Of a stretch of 64,000 bases of DNA, positions 29,947 through 40,500 are shown piece by piece. Origin of the DNA: Sedimentisphaeraceae bacterium JB056 (lineage in GTDB: Bacteria > Planctomycetota > Phycisphaerae > Sedimentisphaerales > Sedimentisphaeraceae); contig JBITAJ010000028.1 of assembly GCA_044440125.1 (NCBI GenBank), forward strand, positions 64,001 through 128,000, in the 5' to 3' direction. How positions within the stretch are numbered: the stretch's first letter is position 1; each line of letters begins with the position of its first letter. The position numbers and the translations under genes were made by a program. The notes under the pieces are model-generated. The model was not told where the DNA came from and did no database searches. It saw nothing but the letters and a program-made list of their open reading frames with translations.

Positions 29947-29972
29947 GTTTTTCTGTAAAGAAAGAAGCAAGA

Positions 29973-30458
29973 TCAACGTTTTGAGAACTGGAATTTCCTT
30001 CTCGCACCTCTTTGACCAGGTTTCTTACGCTCTTTCATTCTGCCATCACGTGTAAGCATACTGTTATCACGCAGTGGTTTGAGGAAACTTTCATCATAGT
30101 TTGTAAGAGCTCTTGCAATACCAAGCAAGGCCGCTCCGGCCTGTCCTGTAGTACCACCACCTGTTACGTTGATATAGATATCAAAGTTGTTTTCAACATC
30201 ACAGCACTTCAAAGGAGCAACAACTGTCTGTCTGTCCTGTGTAAGACTGAAATATTCCTCAACTTTTTTATCATTAACAATAAGTGTACCGCTACCTGGT
30301 TTGATACGTACACGTGCTACCGAACTTTTACGTCTTCCAACACCCCAAATGAAACCGCCCTTGTCCGGGGTTTGCTTTTTGGTCTTCGGAGCTGCTGCCA
30401 CGCTAACAGGGGCAACAACACTCGGATCGATCATTGGGCTTTGAGCATTATCTGTCAT
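29973..30458 (-). CDS. rpsI: 30S ribosomal protein S9
   Basis: GVGRRKSSVARV, GGGTTGQAGA, KERKKPG...QFSKR. Confidence 0.98.
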   Translation of the reverse strand: MTDNAQSPMIDPSVVAPVSVAAAPKTKKQTPDKGGFIWGVGRRKSSVARVRIKPGSGTLIVNDKKVEEYFSLTQDRQTVVAPLKCCDVENNFDIYINVTGGGTTGQAGAALLGIARALTNYDESFLKPLRDNSMLTRDGRMKERKKPGQRGARRKFQFSKR

Positions 30459-30470
30459 ATTTCATACCCC

Positions 30471-30905
30471 TTATATAGAGAGTTCCATTTTCTGAGGCTG
30501 CTGAGCGATATGGTCGTGCTCAGGGCCACGATATACTTTAAGCTTTTTAAGCATACTGCGTCCAAGTTTGCTCTTAGGAAGCATCCTCTTCACAGCCAGC
30601 TCTACTACTCTTTCCGGCTTGTCTTCCATCATATCCTGGAATGAGACATATTTATGTCCGCCAGGAAAGCGTGTATAATAATCATACATCTTCTGGTCTT
30701 TTTTCCTACCGGTAACTTTTATCTTTTCGGCATTTACTATAATGACATAGTCGCCTGTATCAACATGCGGGGTGTAAGTCGGCTTGTTCTTACCCATAAG
30801 GATAGTCGCAACACTCGACGCAAGTCTACCGAGCACGAGATCTTCGGCGTCTACAAGCAGCCATTTCTGGTCTACTTCGCCATTTTTTGCCATAAAACTT
30901 TTCAT
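30471..30905 (-). CDS. rplM: 50S ribosomal protein L13
   Basis: WLLVDA...LGRLAS, KPTYTPHVDTGD, HIAQQP. Confidence 0.98.
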   Translation of the reverse strand: MKSFMAKNGEVDQKWLLVDAEDLVLGRLASSVATILMGKNKPTYTPHVDTGDYVIIVNAEKIKVTGRKKDQKMYDYYTRFPGGHKYVSFQDMMEDKPERVVELAVKRMLPKSKLGRSMLKKLKVYRGPEHDHIAQQPQKMELSI

Positions 30906-30961
30906 ATCTGTTAATACTCCGTTCGTAATTATTTTTTGAACCTAACAAGTCAAGTTGCGAG

Positions 30962-30989
30962 ATTATAATAGGCGCAGCTCAAATGTCAA
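30962..30989 (-). promoter_or_regulatory. Consensus sigma70 promoter for rplM-rpsI
   Basis: Minus strand TTGACA-16 nt-TATAAT. Confidence 0.8.
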
Positions 30990-31241
30990 GTATTTAAAAA
31001 ATCCAACGTCAGAACACTTTACGCAAGCATCCTTCAAATAAGTAGTCTTTTTCCAGTTCTACAAGTATGCGAACCCGGCAAGAAACGCATCACAGGTCGT
31101 GTTTATCTGGCGGTTGAACGGGCACCATCATCAAAACATGAAAAACCGAAAGGCCGGATTATACACAATAAAATCCGAAAATCTACAATTTTCCGCAAAA
31201 TTTAGACCAAAATAAGCTTTTTCTTCAAAAAAGAATTAATC

Positions 31242-33803
31242 TCAATTGAAGTCAAGAGTAATTTCATAATCGTCTTTGTGTACTTTAATTATGCCGCTTT
31301 CATAATCCGAGGAAATAAAAGGACTTTCAAAAAGTTTTGCAGGTTTATAATCGATTTGCTCGCCGTTAACTGCGGGAATCTGTGAATTTGCCGCATTGAA
31401 CTCGAAAACAATCTGCTCTTTAACCTTATTTGCAGTCTTATACTGCAATATATACCAGCCGGGCACAACCGTCTTAAGAAGAGCCACCTGACCATCAAGA
31501 ATATACTCAGAAAAGCTCTCAAGAGTCGGGAAATCTTTTTGCGTAGCAGTATCAATGATTACAGGACTATAAATATCCTTAAGTTTTATAATTGATCTGT
31601 CCTGATTCCATCTGTACGAATCTTTATCGATATTCGCATAAGGGCTGCTTGAAGCCTTTAAGTCGAACCATGCAGAAGACCCTCTGTGGTCCGCAGTAAA
31701 CTGCCCTTTAACAATCCTTATAGCTGTATAAGCGCGTCCTTCATGGACAAATATCCAGCCATCCTTTTCCATAATCTCATCAACTTCAGGGGATACGTAA
31801 ATGCCAATCGGCAATGCTACATGATTTTTTTGAGGAAACCATTGAGGACTCACGGAAATAGTACTTCTTGCCTGCTGGATTACCATTGTACCCTTATTCT
31901 GAACTGTCCTGAAATTACCACTTTCAGAAGCCAGAGACCAGGTATCATTGTCGGCAACATCAATAGACCATGGGAATATTGCCATCCCAGGTATCGTAGA
32001 GTAAGAAACGCCGTATTTCGTCCCTAAATTACTGATATAACTATGGATAGCTGTTGGATAATCCATTCTGCAACCCAATACATACTCAGGAGTAACCCAA
32101 CTGTATCTAACGAATCGGCTTTCAGTGTCACACATAAGCGTACGCTCACTACCGGCTGGCCTTGGCAATAGGTTTTCTTCTTCGCCAGGCAACCTTGAAA
32201 CAAACTCGAATTGCCCCATGCCCTCCCTGTCTAAAGCAAGCGACCAAATAACTTCAGGCCAACTGTAACCACTTAATATCTGACTCAATGTAACGCCCTT
32301 GGCATCCCCATCGCATCCCATAAAGAAGTATGCCATGACATAATCGCTGTCTTTTTCAACCATTACATCAGCACTCTCTCTTATCCTCGCACCGCCTCTT
32401 ATTCCATTAAGCTGATCCTGAGCCCACACTGACCAATAAAGATCAAGAAAATTACCGGCAAGCTTTTTCAGCTCTTCATCATCAGTCATTGAATATAGAT
32501 CATAAACAGGCATTAGAGAGTACTGAGCGTATATAGATGATCCATTTTCTATAAAAAGCCCTTTTCCGGCTCTTTCGCGAAAATATTCTTTAAAGTAGTC
32601 TAAATAAGCATAATAATGCTCGACTGCTTTGTAATCCTTAAAATCTTTATAATTACCTTTTCCTCGGGGCCCCTGCCAATCAGAATCAGACTTATGGAAC
32701 CAATATCCATACCCTCCGCCAGTACTGTAATCAGGATAAACCCTATCTCTGAAACGCGGCTCATTTATAAAAATTTGTGATGAAAGCAATGCTGCAGATT
32801 TAGAAATAAGGTCACTGCTCTCACCTGCAACTATCCACCAAGTGCTTTGTTTTGCGAGAGAAATGTCATTTCTCTCCTCATTCCTCGTCCATATCAACTC
32901 CAAAAGAGCTTCTTCGGTATCATCAGCAAGCCGTCCTGGATAAATTTCACTTTTCTTCCCAAAAGTATAGTACATACGGCACAACAACGAATCAAGAGAA
33001 AGATGCCAGAGCTGATTGATACCATACTGAGATTGAACACGCTGCTCACCGGTAGTAAATATCCTAAGCAGTTCGGAATTAACAATATCAATGTCTTGAT
33101 TTAGGTAAAGCTTTGCAAAATAAGAATTAAGAGTTGTTCTTGATGATGATATCGCGGCCTCATTCATGGCCTTTCTTATACGCTCATCTCGTGATCTTTG
33201 CTCAGATGCAATGATCTGCTCTATACTTTTCTCAGAAACACCTATTATTGAACCATCACTTTTCACAAAATGGACATCATCAAACCATATCTTATTACCT
33301 TTGCCGGTAGAGACAAGAAATTGAAATGCAATTATTTTGCTGACATCAAAACGGGAATATCCGGGAGAGAAATCAGAAGACTTAATTTCCACTGTCTTCC
33401 AATCTGATTGAACCAAAGCCGGCAATTCAAAGAAAGCCTGCCCACCTCGATGATCAATAACCTTAACCGGCCATGTTCCATGCGTCAGATTATTGCTTTT
33501 CATATTTAATACAAGAGTCCAGTCATAACCGACATCCCAAGATTCCTCAGAAGGAAGTGTCATAAAACCAACCTCTTTAGGAGCAATAGTATCTGCCGTA
33601 TAAACTAAGCTGAAATCACCATTTACAGAGTCAGAATGGTCTGATTCCACTCGCTGACCTCGTCCATTCCATACGACATCTCCTTTACCTACTGAGCCAA
33701 ACATATCTTTTGTCTCACAAGGATTATCAAACCTTTTCTGGTCAGCGAAAGCAACTGAAAGAGCCAGAAAAACGATAGAAAAAACACAGAATACGTTCTT
33801 CAT
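31242..33803 (-). CDS. Large secreted hypothetical protein (N-terminal CBM-like beta-sandwich; possible lyase-like helical + beta domains)
   Basis: Signal peptide after GGAGTGG SD; DWKTVEI...IWFDDVHF is CBM-like; rest unassigned. Confidence 0.55.
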   Translation of the reverse strand: MKNVFCVFSIVFLALSVAFADQKRFDNPCETKDMFGSVGKGDVVWNGRGQRVESDHSDSVNGDFSLVYTADTIAPKEVGFMTLPSEESWDVGYDWTLVLNMKSNNLTHGTWPVKVIDHRGGQAFFELPALVQSDWKTVEIKSSDFSPGYSRFDVSKIIAFQFLVSTGKGNKIWFDDVHFVKSDGSIIGVSEKSIEQIIASEQRSRDERIRKAMNEAAISSSRTTLNSYFAKLYLNQDIDIVNSELLRIFTTGEQRVQSQYGINQLWHLSLDSLLCRMYYTFGKKSEIYPGRLADDTEEALLELIWTRNEERNDISLAKQSTWWIVAGESSDLISKSAALLSSQIFINEPRFRDRVYPDYSTGGGYGYWFHKSDSDWQGPRGKGNYKDFKDYKAVEHYYAYLDYFKEYFRERAGKGLFIENGSSIYAQYSLMPVYDLYSMTDDEELKKLAGNFLDLYWSVWAQDQLNGIRGGARIRESADVMVEKDSDYVMAYFFMGCDGDAKGVTLSQILSGYSWPEVIWSLALDREGMGQFEFVSRLPGEEENLLPRPAGSERTLMCDTESRFVRYSWVTPEYVLGCRMDYPTAIHSYISNLGTKYGVSYSTIPGMAIFPWSIDVADNDTWSLASESGNFRTVQNKGTMVIQQARSTISVSPQWFPQKNHVALPIGIYVSPEVDEIMEKDGWIFVHEGRAYTAIRIVKGQFTADHRGSSAWFDLKASSSPYANIDKDSYRWNQDRSIIKLKDIYSPVIIDTATQKDFPTLESFSEYILDGQVALLKTVVPGWYILQYKTANKVKEQIVFEFNAANSQIPAVNGEQIDYKPAKLFESPFISSDYESGIIKVHKDDYEITLDFN

Positions 33804-34086
33804 TATCCACTCCGATATCAAACAATACTCAAGCCTGATCTTTAAACCAATTAATATCAGGGTGAAATGTTAACAGGAACCAAGCCTCAGCAAAAGCATC
33901 AAAAACTACCGATCGGCTTCACACACTTACCTTCTGAAACAGCATAAGACCTTAGCCGATCCTCTTAATAACCCAATACGCAATATACATATCCTCGTAA
34001 ACATAACACGAAAATAATTATACACAAAGTGGGAAAAATGTAAAGATTAAAGGTTAGTTACAAATAGACTTAAAACTTAACAAATT

Positions 34087-37083
34087 TCATGTCTGATTAA
34101 AATAAGCACTTAGAATATCGGCAAGTTGCTGACTGTCTACCGGCTTGGACATGTAATCACTGCATCCTGCATCTATACATTTTTGCCTGTCACTCTTCAT
34201 AGCATTAGCCGTCAGTGCTATTATAGGAACATCGATACCTTTGCCGCGAAGATCTTTAGTAGCATCGTATCCGTTCATTACAGGCATCTGTATATCCATG
34301 AATATCATATCGAAATCCTGTTTCAACACAATATCAATCGCCTCTTGCCCATTACCCGCAACTTTAACATTAAATCCCATTTTTTCAAGTATGATACAGA
34401 GGAGCTTCTGATTAACAAGGGAATCTTCAACGACAAGTATATCTTTATCAATAAATTTACCTTCGATTAATTCCTCATTACCAGACCCATCTCTGCGAAT
34501 CAATCGATGAGCGGACTCCTCCAGAGGAATTTTGAAATCAAAGACAGACCCCTTACCCGGTTCACTCACAAAATCAATATCGCCTCCTAAAAGATTAGCC
34601 AACCGCTTTGAAATAGCAAGACCAAGCCCCGCTCCCCCGTATTCCCTGCTGTTTGTATTATTAGCCTGAGTGAAATAATCAAAAATATCCTCATGCTTGG
34701 TATGCTCAATACCTATGCCAGTATCCTTGATTGAGAAATGAAGGCGTTTTCCTACCTCGTCATTCCTGACGCAAATATCAACAATTACTCCTCCGTCTTT
34801 AGTAAATTTAATCGCATTATTAACCAAATTCATCAAACATTGACTTACCCTTACATAATCGCTCTTAAAAACAGCCGGAACATTAGAGTCCTTATTTACC
34901 TTGAGATACAATCCCTTGCTCTTAGCCTGATTTCTAAAAACTGATTCAAGCTGAGAAATAAAGTCATCTATATTGCAATCTGAATACTCAATTTTGAGTT
35001 TGCCCGAATCAATAGACGAAAAATCTAAGATATCATTCATCAACTGCAGTAAAAGATTCCCCTGTTTGTAGATTATATCAGCAAACTCCCTCTGTTCCTC
35101 ATTAAGATTTTCACAAAAAAGCAATTCGCAAAAACCTAATATAGCATTCATTGGTGTACGAAGCTCATGACTCATATTTGCAAGAAACTGGCTCTTGGCA
35201 GAATTCGCCATATCTGCTTCTATAGCCATCTTATTTGATTTTTCAGTGGCCTTTTCTAAATATCTATTAGAGACAATCAAATCTTCTTCCAGTTTTCTTC
35301 GTGATATAACAATACCAATCGTATCACAAAGATTTTCAAATGCCTTAACTAATCCAAAATCAAAGTTATTCGGCCTACGATCATTAAGCTGAAGCATTGC
35401 TACAACTTTATTATCCGCTTTAACTGGAATCAAGGCAATAGAATTGTAACCCTCATTTATACATCTATTGCGAGGGTTTATGCGTTCATCGCAACTTTTA
35501 TCAATCCCGAGAAGCCCAGATGAATTATTAGTGAAAAAACTGCCGTGCTCGGTAAAGAAACTCTGGCTGCTGTCAGTTTTTTCTGAAATAACCAGCCCGC
35601 ACATACATTCAAGTTCAACTTTACCGCTCTGATCAAATTTAACTGTTCCACCCTTATCCTTACTTAACAGAGAATTTTCTGCCTTAATAAAATTATCATC
35701 AAAACCGCAATGACTGATATACGGATAATCATCCTCATCCTTAAATCTCAACGCTACCGCATCAACTCCTGATTTTTCCTTTATAATCCTGACAACATCT
35801 TCAAGCAAAACTTTCAATGTTTTATCACTATTCAACTCACCAAAGATATCACCCTTAATTTCATTTACTATATTCTGGCGTTTTGACTTTGTGATATTGA
35901 AAAACATTGATGTGCAAACATTTTCATCAATTTTGTAAACATGCACTTGAAAGTAAGAATTAAGCGGCAAAAAATAATATTCAAGACTCACTGGCTCGCC
36001 GGTTGTAACAACCTTGGCATATATTTGCACAATTTCATCATCTTCACCACCGGGAAAAGCCTCGCTCATCTTTCTGCCAATAACATCTTCGGCTTTTTTG
36101 CCTGTATGCTCTTCAGCCGCTTCATTGACCTGCAGAAATATCAAATCAAAAGCTTTATTGTTTTCATCAAACAAAACCTCAACCGTATGAATGCCATTTA
36201 TTGAGTTGCTGAATATCGAGTAAAACTGGTCTTGGCTTTTATCTAACGCCGCATCCTTCTCCAATATATTGGTTATATCCTTTACTGTCCCCCTATAACC
36301 TTGTAACACTCCATCATCGTCAAAAATCGGAATACCATCACCTGAAACACGCACTTCTTCCCCATTTTTATTGTACAGGCTATGAATATAATCTGTGTAA
36401 GCTTCCCCTTTACCCAGCAATTCAAAAACTTCTTGCTTGAACTGCTCTTGTAATTCGGGAGGACAAAGGTCATAAAAGTACTTTTTACCAATCAACTCCT
36501 CTGCATCATAGCCCAATAACTTTATAGCAGATTTGCTCATGTAGGTTAAAAGTCCTTTTTTGTCTATTTCCCATACAAGAATTTTACTGTGAAAAACTGT
36601 TTGTTCAAAACGATCTTCAAGTACATCATGACCCTTAATAACCGGCTCTGATTCAGTAATATCTCTTGCAATTAAACAAATAAAAGAATGGTTATCGGCA
36701 CTAAAAAGGGGAAACTGGCTTACCTCAAGTATCAAACGCCTGCCATCACTTAAAATGATTTCTCTTTTCTCTGTTAATTCAAGAGTCTTACCGTCCTTTT
36801 TTATATAAAAAAGCTCCGCTGAATTGGTGTCAAAAATTTGATCATCAGATTTGCCTACAATATCTGCCTTATCTTTTCCTGCAAACTTCTCAAATGCTGC
36901 ATTGCAATCTATGTACCTCCCATCAGTATCTTTAGCCACAACAATATCCGGGCAAAAGTTTACAACCTTAGTCCAAAACTCTTCCTGCAAAGATTCTTTG
37001 TCCGCAACATCAAACATGTCTCGCCTCATAACCACACCAATAACATAGTACCACTTAACCAAATCTGCAAATTTTGAATTCAC
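34087..37083 (-). CDS. Cytoplasmic hybrid sensor histidine kinase (PAS x3, GAF, HisKA, HATPase, REC)
   Basis: [43 protein letters not shown]; start may be 37029. Confidence 0.93.
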   Translation of the reverse strand: MNSKFADLVKWYYVIGVVMRRDMFDVADKESLQEEFWTKVVNFCPDIVVAKDTDGRYIDCNAAFEKFAGKDKADIVGKSDDQIFDTNSAELFYIKKDGKTLELTEKREIILSDGRRLILEVSQFPLFSADNHSFICLIARDITESEPVIKGHDVLEDRFEQTVFHSKILVWEIDKKGLLTYMSKSAIKLLGYDAEELIGKKYFYDLCPPELQEQFKQEVFELLGKGEAYTDYIHSLYNKNGEEVRVSGDGIPIFDDDGVLQGYRGTVKDITNILEKDAALDKSQDQFYSIFSNSINGIHTVEVLFDENNKAFDLIFLQVNEAAEEHTGKKAEDVIGRKMSEAFPGGEDDEIVQIYAKVVTTGEPVSLEYYFLPLNSYFQVHVYKIDENVCTSMFFNITKSKRQNIVNEIKGDIFGELNSDKTLKVLLEDVVRIIKEKSGVDAVALRFKDEDDYPYISHCGFDDNFIKAENSLLSKDKGGTVKFDQSGKVELECMCGLVISEKTDSSQSFFTEHGSFFTNNSSGLLGIDKSCDERINPRNRCINEGYNSIALIPVKADNKVVAMLQLNDRRPNNFDFGLVKAFENLCDTIGIVISRRKLEEDLIVSNRYLEKATEKSNKMAIEADMANSAKSQFLANMSHELRTPMNAILGFCELLFCENLNEEQREFADIIYKQGNLLLQLMNDILDFSSIDSGKLKIEYSDCNIDDFISQLESVFRNQAKSKGLYLKVNKDSNVPAVFKSDYVRVSQCLMNLVNNAIKFTKDGGVIVDICVRNDEVGKRLHFSIKDTGIGIEHTKHEDIFDYFTQANNTNSREYGGAGLGLAISKRLANLLGGDIDFVSEPGKGSVFDFKIPLEESAHRLIRRDGSGNEELIEGKFIDKDILVVEDSLVNQKLLCIILEKMGFNVKVAGNGQEAIDIVLKQDFDMIFMDIQMPVMNGYDATKDLRGKGIDVPIIALTANAMKSDRQKCIDAGCSDYMSKPVDSQQLADILSAYFNQT

Positions 37084-37182
37084 AGCTATTGCCCTTACAA
37101 GCTTTACCTCAAAGCAAGAATGCGTTTCTCTTTCGCAATAAATATAATGATATTAAATACAGAATATAAAGCAAGGGAAATC

Positions 37183-37226
37183 GCTCCTATTTTGGGAACA
37201 AGCATTATTGTTTCTATATTAGGAGC
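37183..37226 (+). promoter_or_regulatory. Two tandem palindromic operators upstream of XRE gene
   Basis: GCTCCTATTTTGGGAAC (37183-37199) and GTTTCTATATTAGGAGC (37210-37226); second overlaps SD AGGAG. Confidence 0.65.
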
Positions 37227-37230
37227 AATA

Positions 37231-37512
37231 ATGAAACAGATAAAAATAACTAAAACAATACATTGCAAAGAATACCAAGAACTCATATCGTTGATAAAGA
37301 GGAAACGAAAAGAACTTGGTATCAGCCAGCGAGAATTAGCAGCTAAGCTTAATGTAAGCCACTCATACATAGCCAAAATAGAACTTAGAGAACGAAGAGT
37401 TGACATAATTGAAATCATAAAAATATTTATTGCCCTTGAATGCAACCCTTGCACTATTATCACAGATATATACCTCAAATTAAAGAAAAAAAACGACTTT
37501 AAGCTTTTTTAA
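37231..37512 (+). CDS. XRE-family HTH regulator (controller-protein-like)
   Basis: [40 protein letters not shown] before ATG 37231. Confidence 0.85.
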   Translation: MKQIKITKTIHCKEYQELISLIKRKRKELGISQRELAAKLNVSHSYIAKIELRERRVDIIEIIKIFIALECNPCTIITDIYLKLKKKNDFKLF

Positions 37513-40500
37513 TGTAAGTACTTATAACCTTAGCCAAGCGTCGTCTCTCTATTGGTTTGGAGAGGTAGTCATTACAACCAGAATTCATACATTTTTCTCT
37601 ATCTGTCTTCATCGCGTTGGCCGTAAGTGCAATTATAGGAGTCTCTATTCCTTTTTCACGAATCCTGCGTGTAGCCTCATATCCATTCATAACAGGCATT
37701 TGAATATCCATTAAAATCATATCGAAGGTTTTATTCTCAGCTTGATCAACCGCAGAACTCCCATCCTGCACAACAGTCACATCAAGCCCAACCTTTTCGA
37801 GCAGTTTCTTAATAAGTATCTGATTTGTCCTTGCATCATCGGCAACAAGAACTGAGCCAAATCTCTTACCAAGAGATTCAAGAGAGGTATCCTTCTTGTC
37901 ATTATTATGTTCAAGCTCACTAATGTCAACACAATTTGGCTCACCAGATTTTATTCTTAATGTAAAGATCGACCCTTTACCTACAGTACTTTCAACAGTA
38001 AGATCTCCACCAAGCATTTTGGCAAGATTTTTGGTAATTGCAAGACCAAGCCCGCTTCCGCCGTATTTCCTTGTCGTGCTTGACTCTGCCTGAGTGAAAA
38101 CTTCAAATATACTATCCTTCTTATCCTCAGGTATGCCTATTCCGGTATCTTCTACATTAAAGACAACAATATTGCCCTGCTTCTCTTCTATCGACTCTAC
38201 ATTTACATGCACATATCCCTCATGAGTAAACTTGATAGCATTGCTAACTATATTAACAATACACTGCTTTAGCCTATTAGGGTCTGTATGAATTATTGCG
38301 GGCAACTGCCCTTTCCTGACAACTTTGAATTCAAGCGATTTTCTGTCAGCTTGCGGCAACATTGCTGCTTCTATTGAATTCAATGTTTCTTCAAGACTAC
38401 AGTCAAGCATCTCGATCTGCAACTTACCTGACTCTATCTTTGAGAAATCAAGTATATCATTTATTAAATTCAGTAAAGTACGCCCTTCACTCCTTATCAA
38501 ACCTACAAATTCTTTTTGATGGTCTTTAAGAGGTTCGTCAGAAAGCATATCACTAAAACCAATTATAGCATTCATAGGAGTACGGATTTCGTGACTCATA
38601 TTAGCTAAAAATTCACTTTTAGTCTTATTCGCCTCCTCGGCTCGCTTTACCATAAAGCTAATTTTATCATTGGCCTTTTTGAGATTGTGATTCATGACGC
38701 GAAGCTGATCTTCTGAGCGTTTTCGCTCCGTTATATCACGCGCAACCCCAACTATGCCTATCGAATCACCATCAGAAGTAAAAAGCGGCGCTTTGATCGT
38801 ATCCAGGAGAACCACATGACCATCAGGATATGTAACAGACTCCTCATTGGATCTTGCCTGCCCCTGAGCCATCATCTTCTTATCATTCTCTCTAAAGAAG
38901 TCGGCGATATCTTTATCAAACATATCATAATCAGTCTTGCCTATTATTTGATCCCTGCTTCTTCCTACAAATTTCTCAAACTCAGGATTACACCCCATAT
39001 AAACACCGTCTTTATCCTTAAAGAATATCATGTCAGGTATAGAATCAAGCAACCCTTTTAGAAATGCGTTGGCGTTTTCAACAGCCTTGCGTGAATCGAC
39101 CCTTTCTGTAACATCCTGATCAACTCCGCGATATCCAATAAGTTTCCCTTCTTTATCAAGAATAGGCTGCCCATTAGTAGAAAGCCATATAGCCTTACCA
39201 TCTTTAGTCTCTGCCTTATTTAGAAGACCTGAGAACTTTCCTTTTTCTTCAAATATTTTGAAAGCATCTTTCGCAAACTGCTCACGTTCATCTTCTGGAT
39301 GAAGCTCGTAAAAATGCAACCGACCAACCATCTCATCCCGAGAATAACCAAACACATCAACACATGCATCGCTAACATATGTATACAAACCATCAGCATC
39401 AACCTCCCATACAACCTCCCGGCTTTGTTCAGCTATCTGGTCAAAACGCTGCTCTCGCTCTTTTATTTTCTCATTAGCCTCATAGGATTCTGTAACATCA
39501 CGAAACACAAGCACTGATCCAATAATCTGTTCTTCATCATTCTTTATAGGAGAAGCACTATCAGAGATATGCCTTACCTTGCCGTCTCGGGAAACAAGAT
39601 CTGTATGATTTGCAAGTTCGAAAACTATGCCTTCCTTCAAAGCTCTTAATGCCGGATTCTCTGCCATCTTGCCGGTTTGATTATTGATTATATCAAACAC
39701 CTCTTCAAGCGGATAGCCTTTCGCATCTTTCAATGACCAGCCTGTTAATTTCTCAGCAACGGGATTCATATCCCAAACCTTGCCATCCTTATCCGTAGTT
39801 ATGAATCCGTCACCTATAGAATGCAGCGTTGAGTTTAACAGTTTCTCTTTTTCTGAGAGTGAATTACTCAACGATTTCAGTTTAAAATTCAGTCGCGAAG
39901 AATATATATTGAATCCAATAAGCATCAGAATAAAGATAGCGGCAGCAGTAAGCCATTTCCAATAACGACTTAAAATCTTCGTAATTTTCACCTGCCCATA
40001 TCCCTCGTACGGCTTAGCACCTATATGCATTAGACAATCTGCTACCGACTGATAACTTTGAGGTATTGTCCAGCCCCCGGAGCCGGCATAAACAGCCGCC
40101 ATAGAATCTTTGGGCATAGCAATGAGAGCTCCCGAAACAATACGGTCCAAATCACTATCACTTTTTACTGAAACAATAGGCCATTCAGGATAAAGCATTG
40201 TTGAATGAACAAACGGAAATTCCTCGGTAGTAGGGTATGGATTCACTATTTTAAGTTCATCTACCGAAATATCCGTATCAGCTTCAACGCGTTCAAGTAT
40301 ACCCGTCCTTATAAAACCAACATCACTTTTACCTTTAACAACTTGCCTGATAACATCATAATTATTATCTGCAAATGATAAATCATCAAAATCTTGCAAG
40401 ATATCAATATTGTTATCGTCCAATTCTCTAAGCACCATATACCAGCCGCCAAACGACTGCTCTCCGGGACTTATTACGCTCTTGCCTTTAAGGTCGTCAA

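Noticed and set aside
37104..37478. 124-aa minus-strand ORF as antitoxin or partner of the XRE gene
   Set aside because: Almost entirely antisense to the XRE gene and its operators; no independent coding signal.
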